In this document: in pieces, positions 51,550 through 63,102 of the stretch | Position numbering within the stretch: position 1 is the first letter of the stretch | Layout: every line of letters begins with the position of its first letter | Origin: Dimorphilus gyrociliatus | Lineage: Eukaryota; Animalia; Annelida | DNA: 64,000 bases | Reading direction: 5' to 3' | Assembly: GCA_904063045.1 (NCBI GenBank) | Contig: CAJFCJ010000003.1 | Location: 2,528,504 to 2,592,503, forward strand | Translations under genes and position numbers: made by a program | The notes under the pieces: generated by a model | What the model saw: the letters and a program-made list of their open reading frames with translations, nothing else | Told to the model about the DNA's origin: nothing | Databases searched by the model: none

Positions 51550-52504
51550 TTACTGTATCGTGCATAAAGAACTTCGTTGTGAAGATAGCGGTCTACTTGG
51601 TCCCCTTACCCCTACCGAAGGCACTATCTCCGCTTTTACGACTGGCTGTGAAGAGTCAAGGTCTGCTTTGGACAATTTTACGTTCAAGATTTCAGCAGCT
51701 ATCCTCTTAAAGCATAAATTAACCTTTAAAAAATTTAGATATTTATATATAAATATTTCAGCTGATACATTTAATAATTTATATTTAAAAATATCTATTT
51801 GTGTAAAGTATTACCGAATCTCCAGTTTTAGCTGAGACAAAATGCGAGCTCATCTTATGGTCTTTTACGAATTGCATATGCTTATCTGGTTTAACAACTC
51901 TTAAGTGTTCTAAATCAACTGTGTTAAAAAGAAAGTGATACTATTTACTTCATCAAGTGTTTACCGCTGTTGTATAACTAACCTTTGTTAGCAACTAAAG
52001 CGAAATGAGGCATTTTAGCGTCCCTTTTTGAGCTTATTAGTTTTTCCACTTGTACCTTCCAATCACTCAAATTTTCAAAGCTATTTGCATTTGTAATATC
52101 ATAGACTAGTAATACTCCATTAGCACCATAAATGTATTTGTCTAACATCTCTCCACCTAACGTTTGACCTCCAATATCCCATACTTGAATTGTCACATGA
52201 ACATTATTTGGTAAGACAATTCTTTTCAAGAAGAAATCAACTCCTACTGTTTGTTTATATAGTTTTCCAAAGGATTCACCCGAATATCTTGTTGAAATTG
52301 ACGTCTTTAAAGAAAAAATTATCTATATTATAATTTTATTATTGTCTATAACGATGACATTTTCATCTTCGTTTACTACTAAATAATATTAATAATGTAT
52401 TCAAATATTTTTACAACAAGAAACATTACTTTTCCTGAAGCTCCATCGCCCAATATAACAATTTTTACTTGTTTGTCGGGACTTTCTTCCTCTGAGTCTG
52501 ACAT
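51550..52504 (-). CDS. RAB28: Rab28 small GTPase, 4 exons, 224 aa
   Basis: Exons 52504-52430, 52304-51983, 51918-51815, 51723-51550. [57 protein letters not shown], and a C-terminal CAAX box (CTIQ). Confidence 0.96.
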
Positions 52505-53109
52505 GATCAGATTTACCTCTACTACAATATCCTATGCAAAGGTTTAGGTATAGTTTGGGTAATCGCCCAGGTGACTTGACGCCATATTGATGACGTAAAA
52601 GTGAAGGTGGAAATAGGCGGGAAAATTTAAAAACGTTTTATCAAACGAATAAATGCGATAGTAATGTGTTTATCATTAGGACTTTTATGAATATTAACTT
52701 AACATTTTAAGACATAAAATATTAAAGCAATAACTATTTATTATAACTAAACAGACAAATATATAGATATATATACTCATACAGATATGTTGAAATCTTA
52801 ATATACATATATTTATATATCATTTCATTATGTAATTCTTTAATTAATGAAAGTCATCCCTGAAGGGATTTACGAAAAATAATAAAAAAAACTATTTCAA
52901 GTCGAGAGTTTGAGCTGTACAAATAAAATTTTTATAGACAAAAGTGAAAGTCTCCTCCTTTTGAACAACTGCCGCCACTGTTTAATGGTTGAATAGGCCT
53001 AGTCTACTTTATACTATGAATATTTTGAAAGAACGGAACTGCCATAGTGAATTCACGTTTTATACAAGCAGGTGCTATATATTTTTAATTGAAAAAGGCT
53101 GCCAATATT

Positions 53110-54074
53110 ATGGCGTTTCTTTGCCCAGGAAAGCTATCTAGAAGACGTAGACGCAAAGGTTTGTTTGTTTTGCTTGTTGTCCTAGGAAAAGAAAATTGAT
53201 CAATTCGACTTATTTATGGCAGTGAACGATTTTTGGGATGCTCCTGGTAGAATAACAGGATCGTCAAGCATTGATACATTGGTAAGGGTTGGTTTAGAAA
53301 AGGAAAAAGGTCTCAAGCCTGAAAGAAATATGATAGTTCTGCAAGATTTTTCCCCTTGTGGTCCAGATGAAGTACGAGTCAATAAAGGACAATTTGTCAA
53401 TGTTTTATACACTGAAAGAAATTGGGTTTATGTGATAACTGATCATGGTGCTGAAGGTTTTATACCAATTAATTATTGTGCCCCAAGAAAACAGTATCCA
53501 TTGATGGCTCATACGGAAGCCTTATGCGGAGTGAGAAGTCCTACTTCCAGCGGAGAGGGCTTCGGTAGCCCTTTGAGCTTACAGCGATCCGCTTCACTTC
53601 CCTCAATAACGGATAACCAGGTGTATGATCAGCAAGCAAATTCCGTTTATCAGAATGAGGATGTAATTGAAGAATGGAAGTCACGCCACGCACGAAATGT
53701 CGCCGCCCATCAAGAGGAAGTATTTGAAAAAAAGAACTATGGAACACATCGAGTATTATATAACTATAGAATTAATTATGAAAACGACGTTCAAGTAATG
53801 ATAGGAGACACTGTTTTAGTATTAAATATCGATGATCCCGATTGGTTTTGGGTTCAGAGAAAAGATAAGGAAGAGGGTTTCGTACCTGCTTCTTATTTAA
53901 GCCCAGGTAAACCAAATTTGTAAATAAAAAAGTCAAATCTTTTAAAGAAATAAAACTTAATACACAGATCCTTCTGCGCGATTTTCAAGCGGAAGTGATG
54001 AATACGTAAGATTGAAAAGAGAAAACAGCGAAGAAGATAACTTATATCACTGTAGACTTGTTACTGTATCATGA
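53110..54074 (+). CDS. Dlish: Dlish/Vamana-like SH3 adaptor (two SH3 domains), 3 exons, 279 aa
   Basis: Exons 53110-53158, 53223-53906, 53968-54074. The N-terminus MAFLCP + basic run and GRITGSSSIDTLVRVGLEKEKGL match recalled Drosophila Dlish. SH3-1 has WVYV...EGFIP.NYC; SH3-2 has DDPDWFWV...EEGFVPASYL. Confidence 0.85.
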
Positions 54075-54601
54075 ACCATTCATTATTTCAAAAAATGTGT
54101 ATATTATAATAATTTATAGCTTATTACTATTTGAGCACCAGAAAAAATTATGAGAAACCAATGAACTTTTCGAATGTTAATATTTTCAAAATTATTAACT
54201 TTTTTCCTTGATATTAAGTATTAAGCTAATTAGCAATAAATTAATGTTGATACTATGGACTATTACTCATTTATAGATTAACTTTTATTCGAATAATCCC
54301 TGTTTTCTTATGATATTAATAGGTCAACTAAAGTTAATTCTTAACTTTCCGGTGTTGGCAAATCGAAAGAATGTTTTACACAAAGGTCTAATTAGTATCT
54401 TCCAATTGACTAAAAATATATTTACTTTTAGTTATCAAAAGCTAGTAAAAATTCAATAGACCAAATAAATCCATCCTCTGCTAAAATTTATAAGGCAGTA
54501 ATAACAAAGAAACTGTAAAATAATACTTAAATATTAAAGTTAATAGTACTCAATCCGTGAACCCGTCTAAAACCAGACTTTGAGATGAGAAAACAAGCTT
54601 G

Positions 54602-54634
54602 CTTCCTTTTCCGGTCTATCAGAGAGACGAGGAG
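54602..54634 (+). promoter_or_regulatory. 5'TOP/TCT non-coding first exon of RPL8
   Basis: CTTCCTTTTCC pyrimidine start typical of ribosomal-protein genes, donor GAG|GTGAGT at 54634/54635, and acceptor CATCAG at 54845, 13 nt before the ATG. Confidence 0.7.
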
Positions 54635-54657
54635 GTGAGTTTTTCGAAATCGAGGAA

Positions 54658-54804
54658 TATCTACGATTTAAAGCCTTAATATGAAAAAATGGCTATGAAA
54701 ACCTTCGTAGATATTAATAATCTAACGTCTGAATGTGTTTTCAAAGTTAATTACAACTCAATTGTTGAAATCCTTCGAAAATAATATTCATATGAAACAC
54801 ACGT
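54658..54804 (+). ncRNA. Candidate H/ACA snoRNA in RPL8 intron 1
   Basis: 5' hairpin (CTAC/GTAG lower stem, AGCC/GGCT upper stem), ANANNA box ATATTA at 54711-54716 lying 15 nt after the pocket top, and ACA at 54799-54801. Pocket strands GATT and TGAAAAC complement the conserved 18S segment GUUUUCA-UU-AAUC. The 3' hairpin is weak. Confidence 0.35.
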
Positions 54805-54858
54805 CTCATACTTTCAGTCAACCTTCTTTATTTTTTCCCCATCAGTAACTAGACCGTA

Positions 54859-55951
54859 ATGGGACGAGTAATTAGAGCCCAGAGAAAGGGCCGAGGATCG
54901 GTCTTCAAAGCTCACACTAAAAATCGCAAAGGTGCCGCCAAATTGCGCCCGGTGGACTTTGCCGAAAGACATGGATATATTAAGGGTGTTGTAAAGGTAT
55001 AGTTATTTGCAATTTTTTGAAAGCATTTTTAAAATAATATTTTTAGGACATCGTTCACGATCCTGGACGTGGCGCTCCTTTAGCTAAAGTTGCATTTCGG
55101 GATCCGTACAGATATAAGATGAGAACTGAAACATTCATTGCTGCCGAAGGAATGTACACTGGACAATTCATTTATTGTGGAAAGAAAGGTAAATTCTAGC
55201 TTATGATTCCTTTCAATTAAAGTATCCTTGCTAATTGCTAGCCTCTCTTCACATTGGTAACATTATTCCAATCGGTCAAATGCCTGAGGGTACAGTCGTT
55301 TGCTGTCTTGAAGAAAAAACCGGAGACAGAGGCCGATTGGCTAGATCATCTGGAGGTTATGCTACTGTTATTTCCCACAATACTGATACCAAGAGAACCC
55401 GGGTCAAGCTCCCATCTGGAGTAAAGAAAGTTGTACCATCATCAAACAGAGCTATGGTTGGTATTGTATCCGGTGGTGGAAGAATTGACAAACCAATTTT
55501 GAAAGCCGGTCGGGCTTACCATAAATATAAGGTTAAGAGAAACTGTTGGCCTAAGGTTAGAGGTGTTGCCATGAACCCCGTTGAACATCCTCACGGTGGT
55601 GGTAACCATCAACATATTGGTATGGCTTCGACTGTTCGTCGTGATACATCAGCTGGACGAAAGGTATGTCATATTTATTTTTAAAGCCAGCAGATATACG
55701 AGCAGAAATTTTTGCTCACATTTGCTTTATTTTTATGTATGACGAAAAAAACGACTTTTATACTTCTGTAATCATGTGATGATTGTTTAGAGGCTGTTAC
55801 TGACACTCAACAACATCAATAATATTTAAATATCGTTTAACATTATTTTTAATTCACCATTCAATTTCAGGTCGGTCTTATTGCCGCTAGACGTACTGGA
55901 AGATTGAGAGGATCCAAACAATTAACTGGAAAAGCGGCTAAGGAAGATTGA
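54859..55951 (+). CDS. RPL8: 60S ribosomal protein L8 (uL2), 4 coding exons, 260 aa
   Basis: Exons 54859-54996, 55047-55188, 55242-55663, 55871-55951. [63 protein letters not shown]. Confidence 0.98.
55739..55803 (+). ncRNA. Candidate C/D box snoRNA in the last RPL8 intron
   Basis: C-like ATGACGA at 55739-55745, D'-like CTGT at 55766-55769, C' GTGATGA at 55776-55782 and D CTGA at 55800-55803. ACGACTTTTA (55751-55760) complements the 18S 3'-end UAAAAGUCGU. The intron is 207 nt, against about 50 nt for the two internal RPL8 introns. Confidence 0.45.
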
Positions 55952-56176
55952 GCTTAAGATTTCAATACAAATTTTGTTTGTGACTAGAAATAAGTATTTA
56001 TTTTCCGATTAAAATTTGTACAAACGCAGGGCAAACAAATATTTAGATTAAAGTCTCGATGATGCTTTGTTAACTTTCGTTTTACCTAAATTTAATCGTT
56101 CAACACCTTCCCAGCTCTTGCCAAATTTCCCCCTAAATTTAAAAACGTCAAAGGGATCTAGAAAAATCTAGAGAAA

Positions 56177-56849
56177 CTAAACTTCATACCTTTGTTCTTT
56201 TAAATCTCTTCTTGGGTTAAATATGGACTGCAAGTCAATTCGTTTTTCATTTAAGAGAAAATCTACATTTTGACCATTTAATATATCTTTTAGAATATTG
56301 TTGAAGTTTAGTCTTTGCTCTCTGCCCGTCAATCCTAGGCTCCATGCTGAGGCATATTCCTTCATAATTTCATATCCTTCGTTACTCAGCAAACGATCAA
56401 CATTCCATATTTTTAACATTTCGCACTGTTGTTTAAGTGATCCAAGTTCTTGTGTTACCATATCTAGTTTAATTTCTGCCTCAAGAACAACTTTGCGTCG
56501 GTTCACAAGCTCGTCTCTTGCTCCCCGATAGTGCATTTCAATCTCTCGAAGCTTCGATTGTGTCTCTTTCGCCTGATCTTTTAAAGTTGATATCTAGAGT
56601 TAAATGCTTTGCAAGGCATTTTTACTGGAAATTAAAATACAAACTTCATTATCTACAAGATTTTTTAACTCTTCCACTTCGATGGTTTGATCTGTTGCAA
56701 GTTATTTTCAAATTTAACATTATGTAAAAAAATATGTGGAATAAGAATTGAAAAATCATTTGAAAAGGACTTTTTTCTTCTATTTTAGCACCTAATTGAA
56801 TCCGACTTAGTGCCCCATTAGCAGATGTTAGTTTTGCAAGGTATGACAT
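56177..56849 (-). CDS. Unknown coiled-coil protein, 3 exons, about 180 aa (5' end uncertain)
   Basis: Phase-consistent exons 56849-56771, 56691-56645, 56593-56177 give a heptad-rich KIEEKNQTIEVEELKNLVDNEISTLKDQAKETQSKLREIE...ELGSLKQQCEMLK. The first donor (GTCCTT) is weak. Confidence 0.55.
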
Positions 56850-57510
56850 TTTTAGATAGGACTTTTCTAGGTGGTATTAGTAATTTGAAAATGAAGATGA
56901 TGTCAATTTACGAGCGCGACTTAAAAATCGAAAAAACGGGTAAATAGATATAATCTGTATGTTTTATTGAGAATAGCGTCTTTTTGTCGTTGCCTTCGCC
57001 AGGAAATCTTTCATTATCTAGCTTGTCGTAGTAAAATCGATTAAATAAATTAATGCATTTTACTAAATAAGCTGCAATCAATAAGGTAACATTTATGAAA
57101 TATTTATTCGGAGTGTTCTTTTAAAGTTGTCATAGGACAGGGCGATATTGGCGGAACTATCTGAAGCGGGTGCAAGATTATTCGTAGAGAGAAGCTTTCG
57201 ATATATGTGTTGCCGCTTGAAATGTATGTTAACTCGTTGTTCATTCGCTAAATACTGAACTATAGCCAATCACATCCTAGCTTACAAAAATATTTTGCGT
57301 CTCCACTATCGCTCACAACTTCCGGTTATTCCCTTCGTGTTGAGGTTTTTTGTGTATCATTGCAGACGAATCTAACGATTGCCGGGAATAATTAATATGA
57401 AATAATCTCCCATAGTAATGAACCTTGTTATCGTATTTTTATTGGATTATTTTTAGAGTAGTCCTAGGTCTTATTGGAGATATAATATTTCGTTCTTTTG
57501 CAGATAAACC

Positions 57511-60500
57511 ATGCACCTGTATCAACTAACCCTACAACGGGCAACGACAGTAACTCATGCCGTCCATGGCAATTTCTCGGGGAATAGTAAACAACAAGAA
57601 ATTATAATATCAAGAGGAAAAATTTTAGAACTGTTAAGACCAGATCCTAACACTGGAAAAGTTCATTCACTCCTTACTCACGATGTTTTTGGTGTTATTC
57701 GTTCCATGATGCCCTTCCGTTTGGTTGGTGGATCGAAAGATTTCCTCATAATTGGATCAGACTCTGGCCGAATCGTAATCTTGGAATATCTTCCCACAAA
57801 AAATCAATTTGAAAAATTGCATCAAGAAACTTTTGGCAAAAGTGGCTGCAGAAGAATTGTGCCTGGCCAATATTTGGCAGTTGATCCAAAGGGAAGAGCT
57901 GTTATGATAGGAGCTGTAGAAAAGCAAAAATTGGTATATATTTTAAATAGAGATGCTCAAGCCAGACTAACAATATCTTCGCCCCTTGAAGCTCATAAAG
58001 GTAATGCTAAAACATGAAACCGCATTCTGGTTGGATATTTGTAAAAATTCTCCATTCCTTTTATATATCTGTTCTTCTATTATTTTAGTCTAACAAATGT
58101 ACCATTTATTCTCTAGGTTCAACATTGGTTTATCATATGGTTGGTGTGGACGTTGCTTTTGAAAACCCCACGTTTGCCTGTTTAGAAATGGATTATGAGG
58201 CCGCAGATAACGATCATTCAGGACAAGCAGCACTTAATACTAAACAATCGCTCACTTACTATGAATTAGATTTAGGCCTCAACCATGTAGTAAGAAAGTT
58301 TTCGGAATCACTCGACGAACACGCGAATCTTCTATTGCCTGTTCCAGGAGGAAATGATGGACCAAGTGGTGTTTTAGTGTGTGCTGAAAACTATGTAACA
58401 TACAAAAAGTGGGGAGAGCAGCCTGATATTCGATGCCCAATTCCGAGAAGAAGAAACGATCTAGACGATCCTGAAAGAGGAATGCTGATAGTTTGTGCGG
58501 CAACACACAGAACAAAACATATGTTTTTCTTCCTTGTTCAGACAGAACAGGGTGATGTTTTTAAACTAACTCTGGAAACTGATGAAGACATGGTTACAGA
58601 AATGAGAATGAAATATTTTGACACATTACCTGTTGCCGCGGCTATGTGTGTTCTGAAAACTGGATTTCTCTACGTAGCTGCTGAATTTGGACAGCATGCG
58701 CTTTATCAGATTGCTCACTTAGCTGATGATGAGGTATAGAAAGACTAATATTTATTAACTAATAATTATAACATGAATAACTATTTCAGGAGGAGCCTGA
58801 GTTTTCGTCTAGTATGCCTTTAGATGAAGGAGATACTTTTTTCTTTGCTCCAAGAGAATTAACTAATTTAGTTTTAGTTGACGAAATAGACTCTCTCGCA
58901 CCTTTAATACACTCCGCCGTTGCTGATCTTGCAAACGAGGATGCTCCTCAAATTTACACAGCTTGCGGACGAGGTGCCAGGAGTTCATTAAGAGTATTAA
59001 GACACGGTTTGGAAGTGACTGAAATGGCTGTCAGCGAATTACCAGGAAATCCCAACGCTGTATGGACTGTTCGAAAAAATAGTCACGACCCATTTGACGC
59101 ATATATCATTGTATCCTTCGTGAATGCTACCTTAGTTTTATCTATTGGTGATACTGTTGAGGAAGTTACTGATTCTGGTTTCTTGGGAACAACGCCCACA
59201 TTGGCTTGTTCTTCATTGGGAGATGATGCCCTTGTTCAGGTAAATCAGAAAAATTCTTTCAAAATCATCGGATCATACAATATAAATCTTTAAAAAATTT
59301 AGGTTTATCCTCATGGAATTCGTCATATAAGAGCTGATAGAAGAGTTAATGAGTGGAAGACTCCAGGAAAAAAGGCTATTTCTAAGTGTGCTTTGAATGA
59401 ACGCCAAGTCGTTATTGCACTTTCCCACACGGAACTGGTTTATTTTGAAATGGATTCTTCAGGACAGCTAAATGAATATACTGAAAGGACTAATATGCCC
59501 TCTGATATTGTATCTATGTGTCTATCAAAAGTTCCCCAAGATGAGCAGCGTTGTCGATTTTTGGCTGTGGGCTTGTCAGATAATACCGTTAGACTTATAT
59601 CTCTGGATCCTCATGACTGCCTATCACCATTGGCAATGCAGGCTCTACCTGCTCTGGCTGAGTCGCTTTGCATGTTGGAAGTTCGATCAGATCTTGGTGG
59701 AAAAGATGATTCAGCGCCAAGGTTCTTTTTTTCGAGTAAAATCATAGAAATTTTTTAAATTAGAAATATTTTTTTTCAGATTGATGTTAAATATGGGACT
59801 ACACAATGGAGTTTTATTAAGATCACAAATTGATAGAGTAACAGGTGATCTATCAGACACTCGCACAAGATACTTGGGCTCGAGACCAGTGAAGTTATTT
59901 ACTATAAAAGTACAAGGACATGGCGCAGTTTTAGCAGTATCATCCAGATCTTGGCTATCATACTCGTATCACGGAAGACAACATTTAACACCTCTTTCGT
60001 ATGAAGCTCTTGAATATGCCGCAGGATTTTCGTCTGAACAGTGTCCTGAAGGTGTTGTTGCAATTGCAACGAATACTTTAAGAATTTTGGCTTTAGACAA
60101 GTTAGGTGTCGTTTTCAATCATGTTTCCACGAAATTATCACTTACTCCTAGAAAATTTGTTCTTCATTACGAGACTTGTCAAATTGTCCTTATTGAAACG
60201 GACCATAATGCCTATACGGACGAGGTTAGAGAGCAGAGGAAACAACAAATGGCAGAAGAAATGGTAGAGGCCGCTGGAGAAGAAGAACAACAATTAGCAG
60301 CTGAAATGGCCACATCATTTCTGAATGAAAAGTTGCCTGATGTGGTTTTCGGGAGTCCTAAAGCTGGCCTAGGTTGTTGGGCTAGTCAAATAAAAATTAT
60401 GAACCCATTAACTAGTTCAATTGTATCAACTGTACAATTGCCTCAAGATGAAGCTGCTGTATCATTGGCTATGCTAAAATTTACTGAAAGAGGTGGAGAA

Positions 60501-61508
60501 ATGTGGTTTGTTGTTGTAGGCGTAGTGAGGAAGTTGATTCTTGCACCGAGATCCAGTGAGAATTCATATCTCCTTACTTATGCTCTCTTAGATAACTTTT
60601 CAAGATTGGAATTAGTTCATAAAACTCCGGTGGAAGATAATCCAAGTGCGATGGCTCCATTTGAGGGAAGACTTTTGGTTGGCGTAGGAAAGCTTTTAAG
60701 AATTTATGATTTAGGGAAGAAGAAACTACTTAGAAAATGTGAAAATAAACATTTACCCTATCAGGTATCCCATGAAATTAAATTCACTTTTCGATGATTT
60801 ATAATATTGTTTTCTTAACAGATTGTTTCAATTACATCAATGGGATCACGTATTGTGGTTGGAGACGTTCAAGAATCTATTCATTGGTTGAGATACAAGA
60901 GAAGAGATAACACCCTTAACATATTTTGCGATGATACAGTTCCCAGATATATAACTTGTTGTGCTTTGATTGACTATTCAACAGTTGCCGCCGCCGATAA
61001 ATTTGGAAATATTTCAATTCTTCGATTGCCAGCAGATGTAAATGATGACCTTGACGATGATCCAAGTGGCCAGAGAGCTTTGTGGGAGAGAGGTGTATTG
61101 AATGGTGCCCCACATAAACTTGTCTCCGTTTGCGAAGCTCATATAGGAGAGATGGTTACATCATTACAAAAATCAACCCTTGTTCCAGGGGGTTCTGAAT
61201 GTATAGTTTATACGACAATTTCAGGAGGTATAGGGGTACTGGTTCCGCTTACCTCACACGAAGATTACGATTTCTTACAGCATCTAGAAATGCACATGAG
61301 ACAAGAATCAGCACCTCTCTGTGGGAGGGATCATCTAGCATTTAGAAGTTATTATTTCCCGATACGTAATGTTATTGATGGTGATTTATGTGAAATGTAT
61401 TCATCGTTGGATATTTCGAGACAACAAAGTATCGCCTTGGAATTAGATAGAACACCAGCTGATGTAGCTAAGAAATTGGACGATATGAGAACGAGGTTCG
61501 CCTTTTAA
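57511..61508 (+). CDS. SF3B3: Splicing factor 3B subunit 3 (SAP130), 6 exons, 1215 aa
   Basis: Exons 57511-58000, 58117-58733, 58790-59239, 59303-59721, 59780-60764, 60822-61508. [51 protein letters not shown]-terminal [26 protein letters not shown]...[12 protein letters not shown]. Confidence 0.98.
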
Positions 61509-62412
61509 AAGTTACATTTTGTTATGTTTATAATGTTATATATCTTTAAGACATGCCTCTTGTTTTTGTATATCTATGTGTAATGTAATAAAAATCGTAG
61601 CAAACATTTTGTGCATTATTTCAAATGAACTGTCTACGGTCAATATCTCTGATATAATACGTGACTTCTTTTATACACGTAGAAAAGATAAATAAAATTA
61701 TTGTAACCCTTCAAAAATAAATTTTTTTATTTTACTGATTGATATTATTAACTTAAACTTGAAATGAGAAGTTGAAACCCATTGTATCATCTCTTCTACT
61801 GAGCACAGTCGAGTTCCGTAGTTCAATATCATTTCTTTAATATTGACTATTTATTGCTTTCCAAACAGCTTTTCGCTTGTTCTATTTTTAACAATGTGGT
61901 GGTTTAGGTCAACAGTTTCTCTTTCCCTAGGTAATGTTTTTTCCAATGACCTGGTAACAAGTCGTCTTTGCTATTCAAACCCAACATTAAAGTCAATGTG
62001 GTTGCTTTATTCAACAAAAAAAGTATCAGGGTAGTTGTTTTTGGTATATTCTATATAAGAAAGTAGTTGCTTAAATGCTTAAATGAACATAATATAAATA
62101 TATATAAATACTGTATATATTATAAAATATCTATAACTATAAATTATATATATCATTAACTTTTTTATATATAGCTGTTTTATTAAATTGGCAAATAGAG
62201 GGTGAATAGTCAATAATTGATCTTTTTTTTTTGTTCATTATATGGCATCAGTAATGAATAAGAAAAGATATTCAATTGACTATCTATCGTATTTAGATAT
62301 ATTTTATTATATAATATCGATATATAGATAGGAGGAATTTGGAAATATAGTTTTTTTATTCGATTTTCAGATTGCCTAGGAATACTAGTATAGGCTGTAA
62401 TTAAGTACCTAA

Positions 62413-62532
62413 CCAATCAAAGTTAAAAATATCACGTGACTTATCTACTCAACCGCTTTCAAGTCCAGGACGTAGCTTAAACAACAAATTGTCAAGCCAG
62501 TTATTGAAACCTGAAAAAAAAAATCAGTAAGT
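62413..62532 (+). promoter_or_regulatory. Probable promoter and non-coding first exon of the last gene
   Basis: CCAAT at 62413-62417, TCACGTGA E-box at 62432-62439, and a GTAAGT donor at 62527 that fits the acceptor at 63099-63100, two nt before ATG 63103. Confidence 0.45.
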
Positions 62533-63102
62533 ATTATATAAATTTTTTGTAACATAACAAAAATTATTTTTTGATAATATAACAAAACTACTGTAAATTA
62601 TAAAGAACTTTCAATTATAATTAAGTATTATATATATACTGTATATATATAAACATGTATACTATATAGAGAAATATCAGTGAAATTTATATTGTAACAT
62701 TGATAATTTTATATAATTGTTTTTCTCCTTCGGATTGAATTTGAATAAAAATTAAAAAGAGGAAAATTAAAATATAAATCTTTAATTGTTCGTTTAAATC
62801 GAAATGAATTCTTTTTATGTTATTATTGTAGATTCGATTATAAAAGAAGAGAAGAGAGATATAAGATATGTGTTTAGTATATATTAAATATACATTTACA
62901 ACTTGATTTAAATATATACAGATTGTATATATATTTAACAAGTAAAAACTTCATAGAAATACAATTAGGTATTTATTACTAAAATATGAAATATACATAT
63001 ATAAAGTATATATATATACACTGTATTTATAGATATTATGATGTAGATAAAATTGGTTTTAATTAATCTCACCTCTTTTTTATATTCTTGCTAATTTTAG
63101 AA

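Noticed and set aside
53177-53191. RFX X-box for ciliary Rab28 (GTTGTCCTAGGAAAA)
   Set aside because: The 3' half lacks the RGYAAC consensus and it lies in the Dlish intron, far from the Rab28 start.
60765-60821. SF3B3 intron 5 with GTATCC donor and TTCTTAAC as a possible U12 intron
   Set aside because: The donor lacks the full GTATCCTT, and the branch-like element abuts the AG; most likely an ordinary U2 intron.
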